Source of the DNA: Candidatus Omnitrophota bacterium
GTDB lineage: Bacteria > Omnitrophota > Gorgyraeia > 2-01-FULL-45-10
Length of the DNA: 64,000 nucleotides
Reading direction: 5' to 3'
NCBI GenBank assembly: GCA_903843285.1
Contig: CAIMPC010000063.1
Coordinates: 4,627 to 68,626, forward strand
The notes beneath the pieces were generated by a model. That model did not search any database. It saw only the letters and a program-made list of their open reading frames with translations, and was not told the DNA's origin. Shown here one piece after another: positions 35,724 through 45,185 of this stretch (the stretch's first letter is position 1; each line of letters begins with the position of its first letter). The translations under genes were made by a program, and so were the position numbers.

Positions 35724-37090
35724 ACTCTCTCCATTTCTACTTCGGCAAATTCTTCACCCCTGGATGTCAAATTCTCAAATCTCATATATTCACCGAGGAA
35801 AGCAAGGCTGAAAGACCCTGTAGGACCATTTCTCTGTTTGGCGATGATAATCTCTGCAAGCCCTCTGTTCTCTTCGGTTGGATTATAATAATATTCCCTC
35901 AATAATAGAATTACAAGATCCGCGTCCTGCTCAATAGCTCCGGATTCTCTAAGATCCGAGAGTTGGGGCCTATGGTCCTGGCGCTGTTCGACAGCGCGCG
36001 ACAACTGACTTATTGCTATGAGTGGGGTATTCAACTCTCTAGCCAAAGCCTTTAATGACCTGGATATCTCGGATATCTCCTGCTGTCTGGAATCTGCTCT
36101 GGCATGGCTCTGCATCAGCTGTAAATAGTCAAGCACTATGAGCTTTATATCAAATTGCGCCTTGAGACGTCTTGCCTTGGCACGTAACTCCAATACCGAT
36201 ATGCCGGGCGTATCATCTATGTATATGGGCGCCTCCGACAGCTTCCCGGCCGCACTGACAAGTTTAGGCCAATCAGCCTGCGAAAGAAAACCGGTCCTCA
36301 CTTTGTGGGCGTCGACCCTGGCATGCGAACATAGCATTCTTTGCACGAGCTGCTCCTTCGACATTTCAAGACTGAAGAACGCGACCGGCACTCTATCCAC
36401 AACGGCGGCATGCTCGGCTATGCATGTGGCAAGCGCACTCTTACCCATGGATGGACGCGCCGCTACTACTATAAGGTCGGATGCCTGAAATCCCGCCGTT
36501 TTTATATCGAGCTCTCTAAAACCGGTGGATATCCCCGTTACGTTTTCCTTGCGCTGATACAAATTGTCAATGGTCTCTATAGAGTTTTTTATTATATCGC
36601 GAATAGGAATGAATTTCCTGTCAACTTTACTGGACGATACTTCGAATATCATTTGCTCGGCCTTATCTACCAGGCTGTCAACGTCTTTGGAAGTATCGTA
36701 GCATTCGGTAACTATATGTGTAGCGGTGTTGATAAGCTTACGCAGGACCATCTTCTCTTTTATGATCTTAGCGTAATGTATGAAATTTGCTGAGGTAGGA
36801 ACGCTCGAGGCAAGATTTGAAACGTAATCAGGTCCGCCCGCGTCCTCCAGAGAATTTGTTTTCTTCAGTTCCTCTATTACGGTTACAAGGTCGACCCCTC
36901 TATTCTCATCGAAGAGTTTTACAACGGCGGAATATATTCTACGGTTTGCATCCTTATAGAAGCAACTCTCGCTCAGCATTTCTATGGCGAGCGGGATCAC
37001 TTCCTTATCAAGGAGCATAGCACCCAACACCGCCATCTCAGCATCTATATTCTGAGGCGGGATCTTTTCGATCATCTCTTGATTACGCAT
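35720..37090 (-). CDS. dnaB: Replicative DNA helicase
   Basis: PPQNIDAE, AARPSMGKS, FSLEMS, DYLQLM, SQLSRAVE, LRESGAIEQDAD; no intein visible. Confidence 0.97.
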   Translation of the reverse strand: MRNQEMIEKIPPQNIDAEMAVLGAMLLDKEVIPLAIEMLSESCFYKDANRRIYSAVVKLFDENRGVDLVTVIEELKKTNSLEDAGGPDYVSNLASSVPTSANFIHYAKIIKEKMVLRKLINTATHIVTECYDTSKDVDSLVDKAEQMIFEVSSSKVDRKFIPIRDIIKNSIETIDNLYQRKENVTGISTGFRELDIKTAGFQASDLIVVAARPSMGKSALATCIAEHAAVVDRVPVAFFSLEMSKEQLVQRMLCSHARVDAHKVRTGFLSQADWPKLVSAAGKLSEAPIYIDDTPGISVLELRAKARRLKAQFDIKLIVLDYLQLMQSHARADSRQQEISEISRSLKALARELNTPLIAISQLSRAVEQRQDHRPQLSDLRESGAIEQDADLVILLLREYYYNPTEENRGLAEIIIAKQRNGPTGSFSLAFLGEYMRFENLTSRGEEFAEVEMERV

Positions 37091-37096
37091 CTTACC

Positions 37097-37540
37097 CTAT
37101 TTCTTTACTATCCAAACCCTTAGCGTTGCTTTTACCATAGGATGAACCTTAACGGCAACCTGATAGACACCCAGCTTCTTTATCTGCTCTTCTATGATTA
37201 TATTCTTCTTGTCTATATCTATGCCTTCGTCCTTAAGTCTCTCTGAAATTAACTCATTGGTGACGGAGCCGAATAGCTTATCCTCTTCGCCTGCCTCTGC
37301 GGATACAGTGAGGGATAAATTGGCGAGTCTATTGGCAATAGCTCTAGCCGCCTCAACTTTACGTTCATCTTCCGCCGCTGACTTCTTCTTTTGGGCATCC
37401 AAAAGTTTCATATTACCCTGGGTAGCGAGTCTGGCCTTATTGTTAGGGAGCAGGAAATTTCTACCATACCCATCTTTCACCGTAACGACGTCTCCGACAT
37501 GACCCAATTTATCAACATCTTTAGTAAGGATTATTTTCAT
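37097..37540 (-). CDS. rplI: 50S ribosomal protein L9
   Basis: MKIILTKDV..LG..GD.V.VKDGYGRNFLLP, KLFGSVT. Start reset to 37540. Confidence 0.95.
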   Translation of the reverse strand: MKIILTKDVDKLGHVGDVVTVKDGYGRNFLLPNNKARLATQGNMKLLDAQKKKSAAEDERKVEAARAIANRLANLSLTVSAEAGEEDKLFGSVTNELISERLKDEGIDIDKKNIIIEEQIKKLGVYQVAVKVHPMVKATLRVWIVKK

Positions 37541-37544
37541 AGGG

Positions 37545-37820
37545 CTACTCCGCGACAAATGGCAATAAAGCCAATTCGCGCGCTTTCTTAATCGCTTTAG
37601 ATAACTGCCTCTGGTGCCTGGCACAGCTACCCGATATCCTGGATGGCACTATCTTGCCTTTCTCCGTCAGGAATCTCTGGAACTTTTGATAATCCAAATA
37701 ATCTATATTTTCCACTTTGTCGCCGCAGAACCTGCATGGCCTCTTTTTATAGACTTTCTTTTTAAGACCATCTTTCTTAAGAGGTTTCTTTCTTTCCGGC
37801 TTATTGAAAGGTTTAAACAT
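37545..37820 (-). CDS. rpsR: 30S ribosomal protein S18
   Basis: [34 protein letters not shown]. Confidence 0.95.
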   Translation of the reverse strand: MFKPFNKPERKKPLKKDGLKKKVYKKRPCRFCGDKVENIDYLDYQKFQRFLTEKGKIVPSRISGSCARHQRQLSKAIKKARELALLPFVAE

Positions 37821-37844
37821 TCATATCTCCTATGTTATCAGTAG

Positions 37845-38324
37845 TTAAAACGGCGCATCTTCATCTGCCTGGCTGGCCGGACGCTGAATGCTTTCCACTG
37901 GAGGCACAGCTATGTCCTCGTTAAGATCTATAGTGCCCACCTCTTCGGCTCCGGAATGTCCCGGCTTACCCGAAGCCACTGCGCCTTGTTTCGCGCCTGC
38001 CCTCAGAAACTGTATATTATCAGCTATCACTTCGACCGTATTACGCTTTTGGCCATCCTGGGTCTGCCAATCTCTTGACTGAAGACGCCCTTCCACGAAT
38101 GCCGGGCTGCCTTTAGAAAGATATTCCCCGCAAAGCTCGGCCCTCTTGCCCCATACCACTATGCGAATGAACGAGGCCTGTTCCTTCTTCTCGCCCGTCT
38201 GGGTCGTATAATAGCGATTTACACCTAAAGTAAACGTCGCCACAGCTGAACCGCTCGGAATATATCGCAGCTCGGGGTCTCTGGTAAGATTCCCTATTAA
38301 CATTACCTTGTTAAGGTTTGCCAT
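37845..38324 (-). CDS. ssb: Single-stranded DNA-binding protein
   Basis: NKVMLIGNLTRDPELRY, acidic tail DEDAPF. Confidence 0.97.
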   Translation of the reverse strand: MANLNKVMLIGNLTRDPELRYIPSGSAVATFTLGVNRYYTTQTGEKKEQASFIRIVVWGKRAELCGEYLSKGSPAFVEGRLQSRDWQTQDGQKRNTVEVIADNIQFLRAGAKQGAVASGKPGHSGAEEVGTIDLNEDIAVPPVESIQRPASQADEDAPF

Positions 38325-38395
38325 TTATCCTCCTTCGCTCGCAATCTGCCTCTCAAAATAATTCACATCTTTCTATGATGAGGCTTCGGAGAAAT

Positions 38396-38677
38396 CTATC
38401 TCCTAGTGACCATCAATCTCGTTATATCGGCATTCAGTTTGCACGCAGCTTTCATCTTAGCTATAGCATCGGACGGTGCCTCAAAATCCAGCTTGTAATA
38501 ATAGGCTTCCTTAAATTTATTAACAGGGTAAGCCAGAAGTCTCTTTCCCCACGGATCTTCCTTCTTCACGGTTCCGCCGTTCTTGCCCACGAGATCACCG
38601 AGCGCCTTATATACACCTTTCAGGTCCTCTTCCTTTATGTCCGGCCTTATTATAAATATCCCTTCATACTTATTCAT
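38396..38677 (-). CDS. rpsF: 30S ribosomal protein S6
   Basis: YEGIFIIRP, WGKRLLAYPV; rpsF-ssb-rpsR-rplI synteny. Start reset to MNKYE. Confidence 0.93.
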   Translation of the reverse strand: MNKYEGIFIIRPDIKEEDLKGVYKALGDLVGKNGGTVKKEDPWGKRLLAYPVNKFKEAYYYKLDFEAPSDAIAKMKAACKLNADITRLMVTRR

Positions 38678-38760
38678 TGACTTGTTTCTCCTTACGATTC
38701 TTGAGTAATTTTCAACTAGACTACCATAACAATTATCAACTATCAACTATAAACTATACG

Positions 38761-39339
38761 CTAAGAAGTCCCCGCTTTCTGCTTATTATACTTATTCATA
38801 GCCATGTTCATGCCATCGGTAATCATGGCCACTACCGCTTCCTCGGATAATGCTATAACATGGGAAACATTGCGCAAAAGCCTTCTCTTAAAAGGACTAA
38901 GCACATAACCCGTTATATCACCCTTATGGACTTCGGTGGCAATCCCGACTTTAAGGCGGGCAAAATCGTCTCTCTTAAGGATGTGCTCTATAGACTGGAG
39001 GCCCTTATGGCCGCCGGGTGAGCCTTGCTTCTTAAGTTTGATCTTACCAAGCTCGAGATTTACATCATCACATACGACTAAGAGATCCTCGACCTCGCAT
39101 GAATGGGTACTAATCAATTCACCTACAGCATGCCCCGAAAGGTTCATGAAAGTCTGGGGAAGGATAAGCGTAACCTCCTCGCCCCCGATTTTACCATGGC
39201 CTGTCAAAGAGAAGTGGCGCCTATCCTTTATCTTTATTTTGTAGTCTTTGGCTAATTTCTCGACTATGGCTAAGCCTATGTTATGCTTAGTTCCCTTATG
39301 TTCAGCCCCTGGATTGCCAAGGCCGATTATAAATTTCAT
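38761..39339 (-). CDS. pth: Peptidyl-tRNA hydrolase
   Basis: IIGLGNPG, TKHNIG, PQTFMNLSG, GGHKGL. Confidence 0.93.
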   Translation of the reverse strand: MKFIIGLGNPGAEHKGTKHNIGLAIVEKLAKDYKIKIKDRRHFSLTGHGKIGGEEVTLILPQTFMNLSGHAVGELISTHSCEVEDLLVVCDDVNLELGKIKLKKQGSPGGHKGLQSIEHILKRDDFARLKVGIATEVHKGDITGYVLSPFKRRLLRNVSHVIALSEEAVVAMITDGMNMAMNKYNKQKAGTS

Positions 39340-39340
39340 A

Positions 39341-40060
39341 CTACTCTTTCTTAGCCTCTTTTGCAGGCTCTTTAGAAGCTTCCGATGGAGTAGCGGCTCC
39401 GGCACCAGACTCTTCATCTTCCTTCTTCTTCCTAATCAGCTCGGGCTCCGCAGCACCTTCAAGGGCTACCTCTTCCTTCGGGACTTCTACCTTAGGCGCC
39501 TTAACTATCATTACTATAAGCTCCGGATCACCCAAAAGCTTAACACCTTCCGGCGCAGCGATATCCTTTACGTGCAGTGCCTCTCCAAGCTTTAGATTCG
39601 ACACATCTACGACGATCTTCTCGGGTATATCCGTGGGCAAACACTCGACCTGAATTTCCCACATGATATGTTCCAGGATTCCGTTGTCAACCTTAACGCC
39701 GACAGGTTCGCCTTTGGAAGATATAGGCACGCTTACCTTAAGTGTATCTGTAAGCGATATTTCATTGAAATCGACATGCAGAATACCATCCCTTATCGGC
39801 TCTCTCTGTATCTCTTTGATAAGGACCGTCTTATCCTTAATAGCCTTATCTCCGTCCGATATTTTGAGCGTTATAAGAACGTTCTCGCCCGCCTTCGTAT
39901 GCAAAGCATCAGCAAGTCCGCCAATGGGAACCTGTATATTCATAGCGCCTTCGCCGCCTTTATAGACATTTGCCGGAACTATCCCTTTTGCCCTCAGATC
40001 CTTAGCTACCGTCTTACCTGTTCCGGTACGGACGACGGCTTTCAATATTACTTTTTCCAT
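39341..40060 (-). CDS. rplY: 50S ribosomal protein L25 (Ctc type)
   Basis: LRAKGIVPANVY, HVDF, GVKVDNG, CLPTDIPE; prs-rplY-pth synteny. Confidence 0.93.
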   Translation of the reverse strand: MEKVILKAVVRTGTGKTVAKDLRAKGIVPANVYKGGEGAMNIQVPIGGLADALHTKAGENVLITLKISDGDKAIKDKTVLIKEIQREPIRDGILHVDFNEISLTDTLKVSVPISSKGEPVGVKVDNGILEHIMWEIQVECLPTDIPEKIVVDVSNLKLGEALHVKDIAAPEGVKLLGDPELIVMIVKAPKVEVPKEEVALEGAAEPELIRKKKEDEESGAGAATPSEASKEPAKEAKKE

Positions 40061-40080
40061 ATCACTTCCACTCTCCTTGT

Positions 40081-41022
40081 CTAATCGAACAACACACTGA
40101 TGGATTTTTCATTATGGATCCTCATTATGGCCTCCCCGAGTAGAGGCGCAACCGAGAGGACCTTTATCCGCGGAATCATCTTATCCTTCGGAATCGGTAT
40201 CGTATCTGTTACCACGAGTTCTTTTATCTCGGAATCTTTTAATCTTTCAAGCGCAGGTCCGCATAACACAGGGTGCGTGATACTAGCGTATACCTCAAGC
40301 GCTCCGGCTTTCTTAAGAGCAGCCACCGCCTCGACCAGACTACCGGCTGTGGCAACCATATCGTCGATAATGACGACGTTCTTACCTTCAACATCGCCCA
40401 TTATGTGCATCGCCTCTGCCTGTTTATCATTGATGCGTCTTTTGTCAACTATAGCGAGATCGCACTTCATCTTCTTGGCATACGCGCGGGCAGTCTTTAT
40501 GCCGCCGACATCGGGAGATACTATCACCATATTCTTGTCGAGCTCGAGCTCTTTTATATAATCGGCGAATATCGTGAACGCATAAAGATGGTCGAGCGGT
40601 ATATCAAAAAAGCCCTGTATCTGTCCTGCGTGTAAGTCTATCGTAAGCACCCTATCCGCACCGGCTACCGTCAAAACATTGGCAACGAGCTTTGCAGTTA
40701 TAGGAACTCTGGGTTGATCTTTTCTATCCTGGCGCGCATAACCGAAATATGGCAGAACCGCCGTGATTCTTTGAGCGGAAGCCCTCTTCAGCGCATCGAT
40801 CATTATCAACAGCTCCATCAGATTATCGTTCGAGGGACACGATGTAGACTGTATCACAAATACATCATGGCCCCTGACATTCTCATTTATCTTGGCACGG
40901 ATCTCTCCGTCGGAAAATTTATCGACTGATGCATCCGCAAGCTCAACTTTCAAGTATTTACATATCTTTAACGCAAGCTCTTTATTGGCATTACCGCTGA
41001 ATATCAATAAGCCGTTCTTCAT
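40081..41022 (-). CDS. prs: Ribose-phosphate pyrophosphokinase
   Basis: FSDGE, PYFGYARQDRK, DLHAGQIQGFF, VSPDVGG, DDMVATAGS. Confidence 0.97.
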   Translation of the reverse strand: MKNGLLIFSGNANKELALKICKYLKVELADASVDKFSDGEIRAKINENVRGHDVFVIQSTSCPSNDNLMELLIMIDALKRASAQRITAVLPYFGYARQDRKDQPRVPITAKLVANVLTVAGADRVLTIDLHAGQIQGFFDIPLDHLYAFTIFADYIKELELDKNMVIVSPDVGGIKTARAYAKKMKCDLAIVDKRRINDKQAEAMHIMGDVEGKNVVIIDDMVATAGSLVEAVAALKKAGALEVYASITHPVLCGPALERLKDSEIKELVVTDTIPIPKDKMIPRIKVLSVAPLLGEAIMRIHNEKSISVLFD

Positions 41023-42293
41023 TTTACGCTCCTTCTCTCTTTCCCCACCCTCTTCTCTAAGATCCTCGCCGGCACACCTACAACTGTCTTCCCGTCCGGA
41101 ACGTCATGCCCCTTAAGTATTACACAACCGGCGCCCACAGTAGAATTTTTTCCAACTACAAGCGGAGCTATCAAAACTGATCCGACACCGATAAAAGCAT
41201 TGTCCCCTATTAAAGTCTTGTTTTTATTCTTACCGTCGTAATTTGCCGTTATTGTTCCGGCACCGATATTTACACGCTTGCCGAGAGTGGCGTCCCCAAG
41301 ATAAGTGTGATGTTTTACTCTGCAACCGTCGCCTATATCCGTTCTGACGAGCTCCACAAAATTACCTATTATAACGCCGGCTCCCACCCTGACGGTGGAT
41401 GTCAACCTGGCGAATGGTCCGATATGGCAGTCGCGCCCTATCTTTACGTCCGGCCCGATAAATGTATTCGGATGAATTATCGTATCCTGACCAATCACTG
41501 CATCCGGATAGATGGTCGTTGTTGCCAGATCCTCTATGGTCACGCCGCTCAACATCACCTCTTCCAATATTCTATTCTTCAAAACCGCCGTAGCCTCTGC
41601 CAGATCCTTACGGGAGTTTATGCCTATCATCTCATTAACATCCTCGACCTCTATCGAGCCGATCGCTTTACCCGCTTTAGATAATATTTCAACCGTATCC
41701 GTAAGGAAAAATTCCTTCTTCTGGCTATCCGGCAGGACCTGGCTGAGCGATGCGAACAGATCTTTAGCGCTGAAACAGTAAGTCCCGACGTTTACTTCGT
41801 CTATAACCTCTTCGTAAAGCTTTGCATGAATATCTTCAACTATCTTGACGATGTTGCCCGATGAGCTTCTGACTATCCTCCCATATCCTGCCGGATTTTT
41901 AAGCTTAGCCGTAGTCAGCGTAAGGCTCGCACCTGACTTCTCATGCTTGAGGATAAGCTCTTCTATGGTCTTACTGTTAACCAGAGGAGTATCGCCGCAG
42001 ATTATGATCACAGCTCCGTCAAATCCGGACAGTAGCTTCTTAGCCGTAGAAACCGCATCTCCGGAGCCAAGCAGTTTCTTCTGAATAACAATCTTTGTGC
42101 CTACCACCTTGCGGAGATCTTCGCTGCCATACCCGGCGACAGTTATGATATCGGTAACACCGGCGGACTTAAGCGAGTCGAGCACGTAAGATATTATCGG
42201 CTTGCCGAATATATTATGCAATACTTTCGGGGTATCCGACTTCATCCTCGTCCCGCGCCCTGCGGCAAGAACTATGGCTTTTATATCTTTCAA
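41019..42293 (-). CDS. glmU: Bifunctional UDP-GlcNAc pyrophosphorylase / glucosamine-1-P acetyltransferase
   Basis: LAAGRGTRMKS, GYGRIVR, FFLTD, hexapeptide repeats, GAGTITANYDG. Confidence 0.95.
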   Translation of the reverse strand: MKDIKAIVLAAGRGTRMKSDTPKVLHNIFGKPIISYVLDSLKSAGVTDIITVAGYGSEDLRKVVGTKIVIQKKLLGSGDAVSTAKKLLSGFDGAVIIICGDTPLVNSKTIEELILKHEKSGASLTLTTAKLKNPAGYGRIVRSSSGNIVKIVEDIHAKLYEEVIDEVNVGTYCFSAKDLFASLSQVLPDSQKKEFFLTDTVEILSKAGKAIGSIEVEDVNEMIGINSRKDLAEATAVLKNRILEEVMLSGVTIEDLATTTIYPDAVIGQDTIIHPNTFIGPDVKIGRDCHIGPFARLTSTVRVGAGVIIGNFVELVRTDIGDGCRVKHHTYLGDATLGKRVNIGAGTITANYDGKNKNKTLIGDNAFIGVGSVLIAPLVVGKNSTVGAGCVILKGHDVPDGKTVVGVPARILEKRVGKERRSVK

Positions 42294-42324
42294 TGCCTAC
42301 TCCACTGTTATTGATAAGCGAGTC

Positions 42325-42570
42325 CTGCCGCGCATAGCGCTTTTCCTCGCTAATCGCTCGGCGCTTACGAGCTTCGAATCCCTGACTCCGCCGCCTGAGA
42401 TAACTGGCTGCCCAGCTAGGATTCGGCTACTTCTGTTCGCGGAGCTCACCTGCGTAGCCAGCTCGTTCGCTGCCGCGCATAGCGCTTTTCCTCGCTAATC
42501 GCTCGGCGCTTACGAGCTTCGAATCCCTGACTCCGCCGCCTGAGATAACTGGCTGCCCAGCTAGGATTCG
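42325..42570 (-). repeat. Two identical 101-bp direct repeats (42325-42425, 42470-42570), each containing the last 21 nt of tRNA-Gln
   Basis: Direct comparison by eye: period 145 bp, 44-bp unique spacer. Confidence 0.9.
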
Positions 42571-42623
42571 AACCTAGACAATCAGATCCAAAATCTGATG
42601 TGCTACCATTACACCACCGGGCA
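42550..42623 (-). tRNA. tRNA-Gln (anticodon TTG)
   Basis: TGCCCGG acceptor stem, TGGTGTAATGGTAGCA D-arm, TCAGA-TTTTGGA-TCTGA anticodon arm, GGTTCGAATCC T-arm, encoded CCA. Confidence 0.95.
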
Positions 42624-42680
42624 ATTTAGTTCTTAGTTCCTAGTTGATATTTCTTAGTGTACGGTAATTACATGCACCGA

Positions 42681-43166
42681 CTAAAGTTCGATATCCTCGT
42701 CGTCCATCATCACATGAGGCTTTGGAGCCTGGGTGCGCAACGGTACATGAGGTGCCGGCTGATGCGAGAGAGCGGGAGAAGGAGACTTCTTCTCTTTATC
42801 GTATGCCTCGAGCACCTTCTTCTGTATATAATCTCTGCACTCCGCAGTTATCGGGTGCGCTATATCCTTATGTTCGGACTCCCTGACTGAGCCATCAGCA
42901 CCCGATGCCGGCGCCTTATGTTCGCTCGGAGGCAGAGAAGATCCGCAATTATTGCAATATTTGCTCCTTGCCGCATTTCTGAAATTGCACTTCGGACACG
43001 GATCTTTCACTTTTCTCGAAGGCATAGCGACAAATAGTCCCTTTGTGCCCTCTATGACTTTTACGTTTCTCACGACAAACATGTTGTCGAGCGTAATCGT
43101 CGCATAAGCCTTCAGCTTCTTGTCCTGCCCCTCTTTCATAAAAATCTTTACTTCCGTGATATCCAT
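42681..43166 (-). CDS. spoVG: SpoVG-family nucleic-acid-binding protein with internal Zn-ribbon
   Basis: MDITEVKI, LKAYATIT, GLFVAMPSRK, HKDIAHPI; inserted CPKC...CNNC. Start reset to 43166. Confidence 0.88.
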   Translation of the reverse strand: MDITEVKIFMKEGQDKKLKAYATITLDNMFVVRNVKVIEGTKGLFVAMPSRKVKDPCPKCNFRNAARSKYCNNCGSSLPPSEHKAPASGADGSVRESEHKDIAHPITAECRDYIQKKVLEAYDKEKKSPSPALSHQPAPHVPLRTQAPKPHVMMDDEDIEL

Positions 43167-43206
43167 TGCATGCTCCTCAAATTTGAGAAATACTTTTACC
43201 TCTAAA

Positions 43207-44115
43207 TCACGCTTTAGTTTCAACCAAAAACACCTGCCAACTGGCTCTGACCCGCTCCGGCACGCTGGCGAATAGCCTTTTCTTGGCCTCCATCGCCTCC
43301 CTTCTATTTCTGCACAGACAAAATACGCTTGGTCCGCTGCCTGAAACCATAGCTCCACCATCCGGTGACGAGCCCAAACATCTTATTATCTTTCCAATAA
43401 CCGGTCTTTTTGCTACTACGACAGACTCCAGGTCATTATGAGACAAATTTTTGATCTTATCCCAATTCTTAGAGAGTGGTATCTTATCATCGCCCCGAAT
43501 CTTTGTCAAGCTCTTCAAATCTTTCATATTTGACCGGGAATTGGTCAATTTTGAGGTATCCAGAACCCGATAAACATCCTTTGTAGCTACTTTAAAACCA
43601 GGATATACAAGGAGATGGTGCGCTCTTCCGCTAATATTGAGCTTTTTCAGCCTATCGCCTATGCCTCTTCCTATAGCAAATGGCGTATCATAAACAAAGA
43701 ATGGCACATCCGCGCCCAATTTCGCCCCCAGGCGCATAAGTCTATCCTTAGACGCGTTAAGATTGAACAGCTTATTAATGCCTACCAATACCGCCGCCGC
43801 ATCGGAACTGCCTCCGCCCAATCCCGCCGCAATGGGTATACGCTTTTTAATATGAATTTTAACGCCTTCATCTATCTTATAGGCGTTTAGAATAAGATCG
43901 GCCGCTTTATAAGCTATATTATCCTCAGGCCTTGACGTAACATCTTTATCGCAAGAAACGACTATGCCTTTTGGAATCCTGGATATCTTTATTCGATCAG
44001 AAAGGGATATGCGCTCGAAAATGGTAAAGATATTATGGTAAGAATCTTTGCGTTTATTGAGGATCCTTAAGACCAGGTTAACCTTAGCCGGCGCTGTCAG
44101 TTCAATAGTTGTCAT
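43207..44115 (-). CDS. ispE: 4-diphosphocytidyl-2-C-methyl-D-erythritol kinase
   Basis: APAKVNL, IPIAAGLGGGSSDAA, LGADVPFF, NDLE, VSGSGPSVF. Confidence 0.93.
   Translation of the reverse strand: MTTIELTAPAKVNLVLRILNKRKDSYHNIFTIFERISLSDRIKISRIPKGIVVSCDKDVTSRPEDNIAYKAADLILNAYKIDEGVKIHIKKRIPIAAGLGGGSSDAAAVLVGINKLFNLNASKDRLMRLGAKLGADVPFFVYDTPFAIGRGIGDRLKKLNISGRAHHLLVYPGFKVATKDVYRVLDTSKLTNSRSNMKDLKSLTKIRGDDKIPLSKNWDKIKNLSHNDLESVVVAKRPVIGKIIRCLGSSPDGGAMVSGSGPSVFCLCRNRREAMEAKKRLFASVPERVRASWQVFLVETKA
43481..43509 (-). promoter_or_regulatory. Internal sigma70 promoter in ispE, probably driving spoVG/tRNA-Gln
   Basis: Minus strand TTGACA-N17-TAAGAT with TG extended -10. Confidence 0.55.
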
Positions 44116-44226
44116 ATCGCCCGAAAATTTTACCTTACATAAGATGGCGGGCACTTGGTGGCCCACCTGAAGCGACTGTCGGAAGGTGGCCACCAAGCAG
44201 CCGCCTGGCCGCTGGGGCCGAAAAAT

Positions 44227-45183
44227 CTATTTGCCCTTCATCGCAATGGCTTCTTTCGCCGCGATCATTATATTCTTCGGAGTGAGTCCGAAATACTCGA
44301 AAAGTTTATCGGGATCTCCTGATACACCGAATCTGTCCTGTATGCCAACCATCTTTATGGGCACCGGCCGTACCTGCGCAACTACCTCGGCAACAGCCGA
44401 ACCCATCCCCCCGAGCACCGTATGTTCCTCCACAGTAACTATCGCGCCTGTCTCGTACGCGGCGCTTATGATTGCATCCCTGTCTATCGGCTTCGGCGTA
44501 TGAAGATTAATGAGTCTCGCGCTGATGCCTTCTTTCCCTAACTCATCACATGCCAGCATCGCCTCGTAAACCATCTGGCCACAGGCTATGATAGTCACGT
44601 CCTTGCCCGCTCTCAGAATATTTGCTTTACCAATCTTAAAAGTATCCTCTTCGCGTGTAATCACCGGAATGGAAGCCCTGCCGAACCTCAGATATACCGG
44701 CCCTCGTACATTCGCGGCCTCTACGGTAGCCCTCTGTGCTTCCAACGCGTCGCAAGGTACCACAACTGTCATATTAGGCAATATTCTCATCAGCGCAATC
44801 TCCTCGAGCGCCTGGTGCGTGGCACCGTCGGGCCCTACGGATATCCCGGCGTGTGTTCCCACTATCTTTACATTCAGCTTCATGTAAGCTATGGAAATTC
44901 TTATCTGGTCCCAGGCCCTGCCGGATGCAAATACACCGAAAGTGCAGGCGAAAGGAATTTTTCCGGTAAGCGCAAGGCCGGCGGCGGTACACAGCATATC
45001 CTGTTCGGCCACTCCCATACCAAAGAAACGCTCGGGATAGTCTTTCTGAAACCACGCGGCCCTGGTCGACTCGGTAAGATCCGCCGAGAGCACAACGACG
45101 TCTTTATTCTCTTTGCCCAATTTCAAAAGCCCTCGTCCAAACCCATCCCTGGTTGGAGCCATCTTCATCTTTTGGTCAGTCAT
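44227..45183 (-). CDS. Transketolase, C-terminal subunit
   Basis: LSADL, GVAEQDM, GPDGATHQALE, GPVYLR, TVEEH. Confidence 0.92.
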   Translation of the reverse strand: MTDQKMKMAPTRDGFGRGLLKLGKENKDVVVLSADLTESTRAAWFQKDYPERFFGMGVAEQDMLCTAAGLALTGKIPFACTFGVFASGRAWDQIRISIAYMKLNVKIVGTHAGISVGPDGATHQALEEIALMRILPNMTVVVPCDALEAQRATVEAANVRGPVYLRFGRASIPVITREEDTFKIGKANILRAGKDVTIIACGQMVYEAMLACDELGKEGISARLINLHTPKPIDRDAIISAAYETGAIVTVEEHTVLGGMGSAVAEVVAQVRPVPIKMVGIQDRFGVSGDPDKLFEYFGLTPKNIMIAAKEAIAMKGK

Positions 45184-45185
45184 TT

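Noticed and set aside
38729-38757. Heptamer tandem repeats (CAACTAT-like; also TTAGTTC-like near 42626-42645)
   Set aside because: Only 3-4 degenerate intergenic units with no evidence of function.
42325-42570. CRISPR array or prophage att sites
   Set aside because: Only two 101-bp repeats, no cas genes, no integrase and no cargo between the copies.
37541-44196. N-terminal extensions in the ORF track for rplI, rpsF, pth, spoVG and ispE
   Set aside because: The extensions are non-homologous and several overlap upstream genes; downstream ATGs match family starts.
44146-44200. Riboswitch or ncRNA upstream of ispE
   Set aside because: An imperfect hairpin (CTTGGTGGC...GCCACCAAG) is present, but I cannot match it to any known RNA family by eye.
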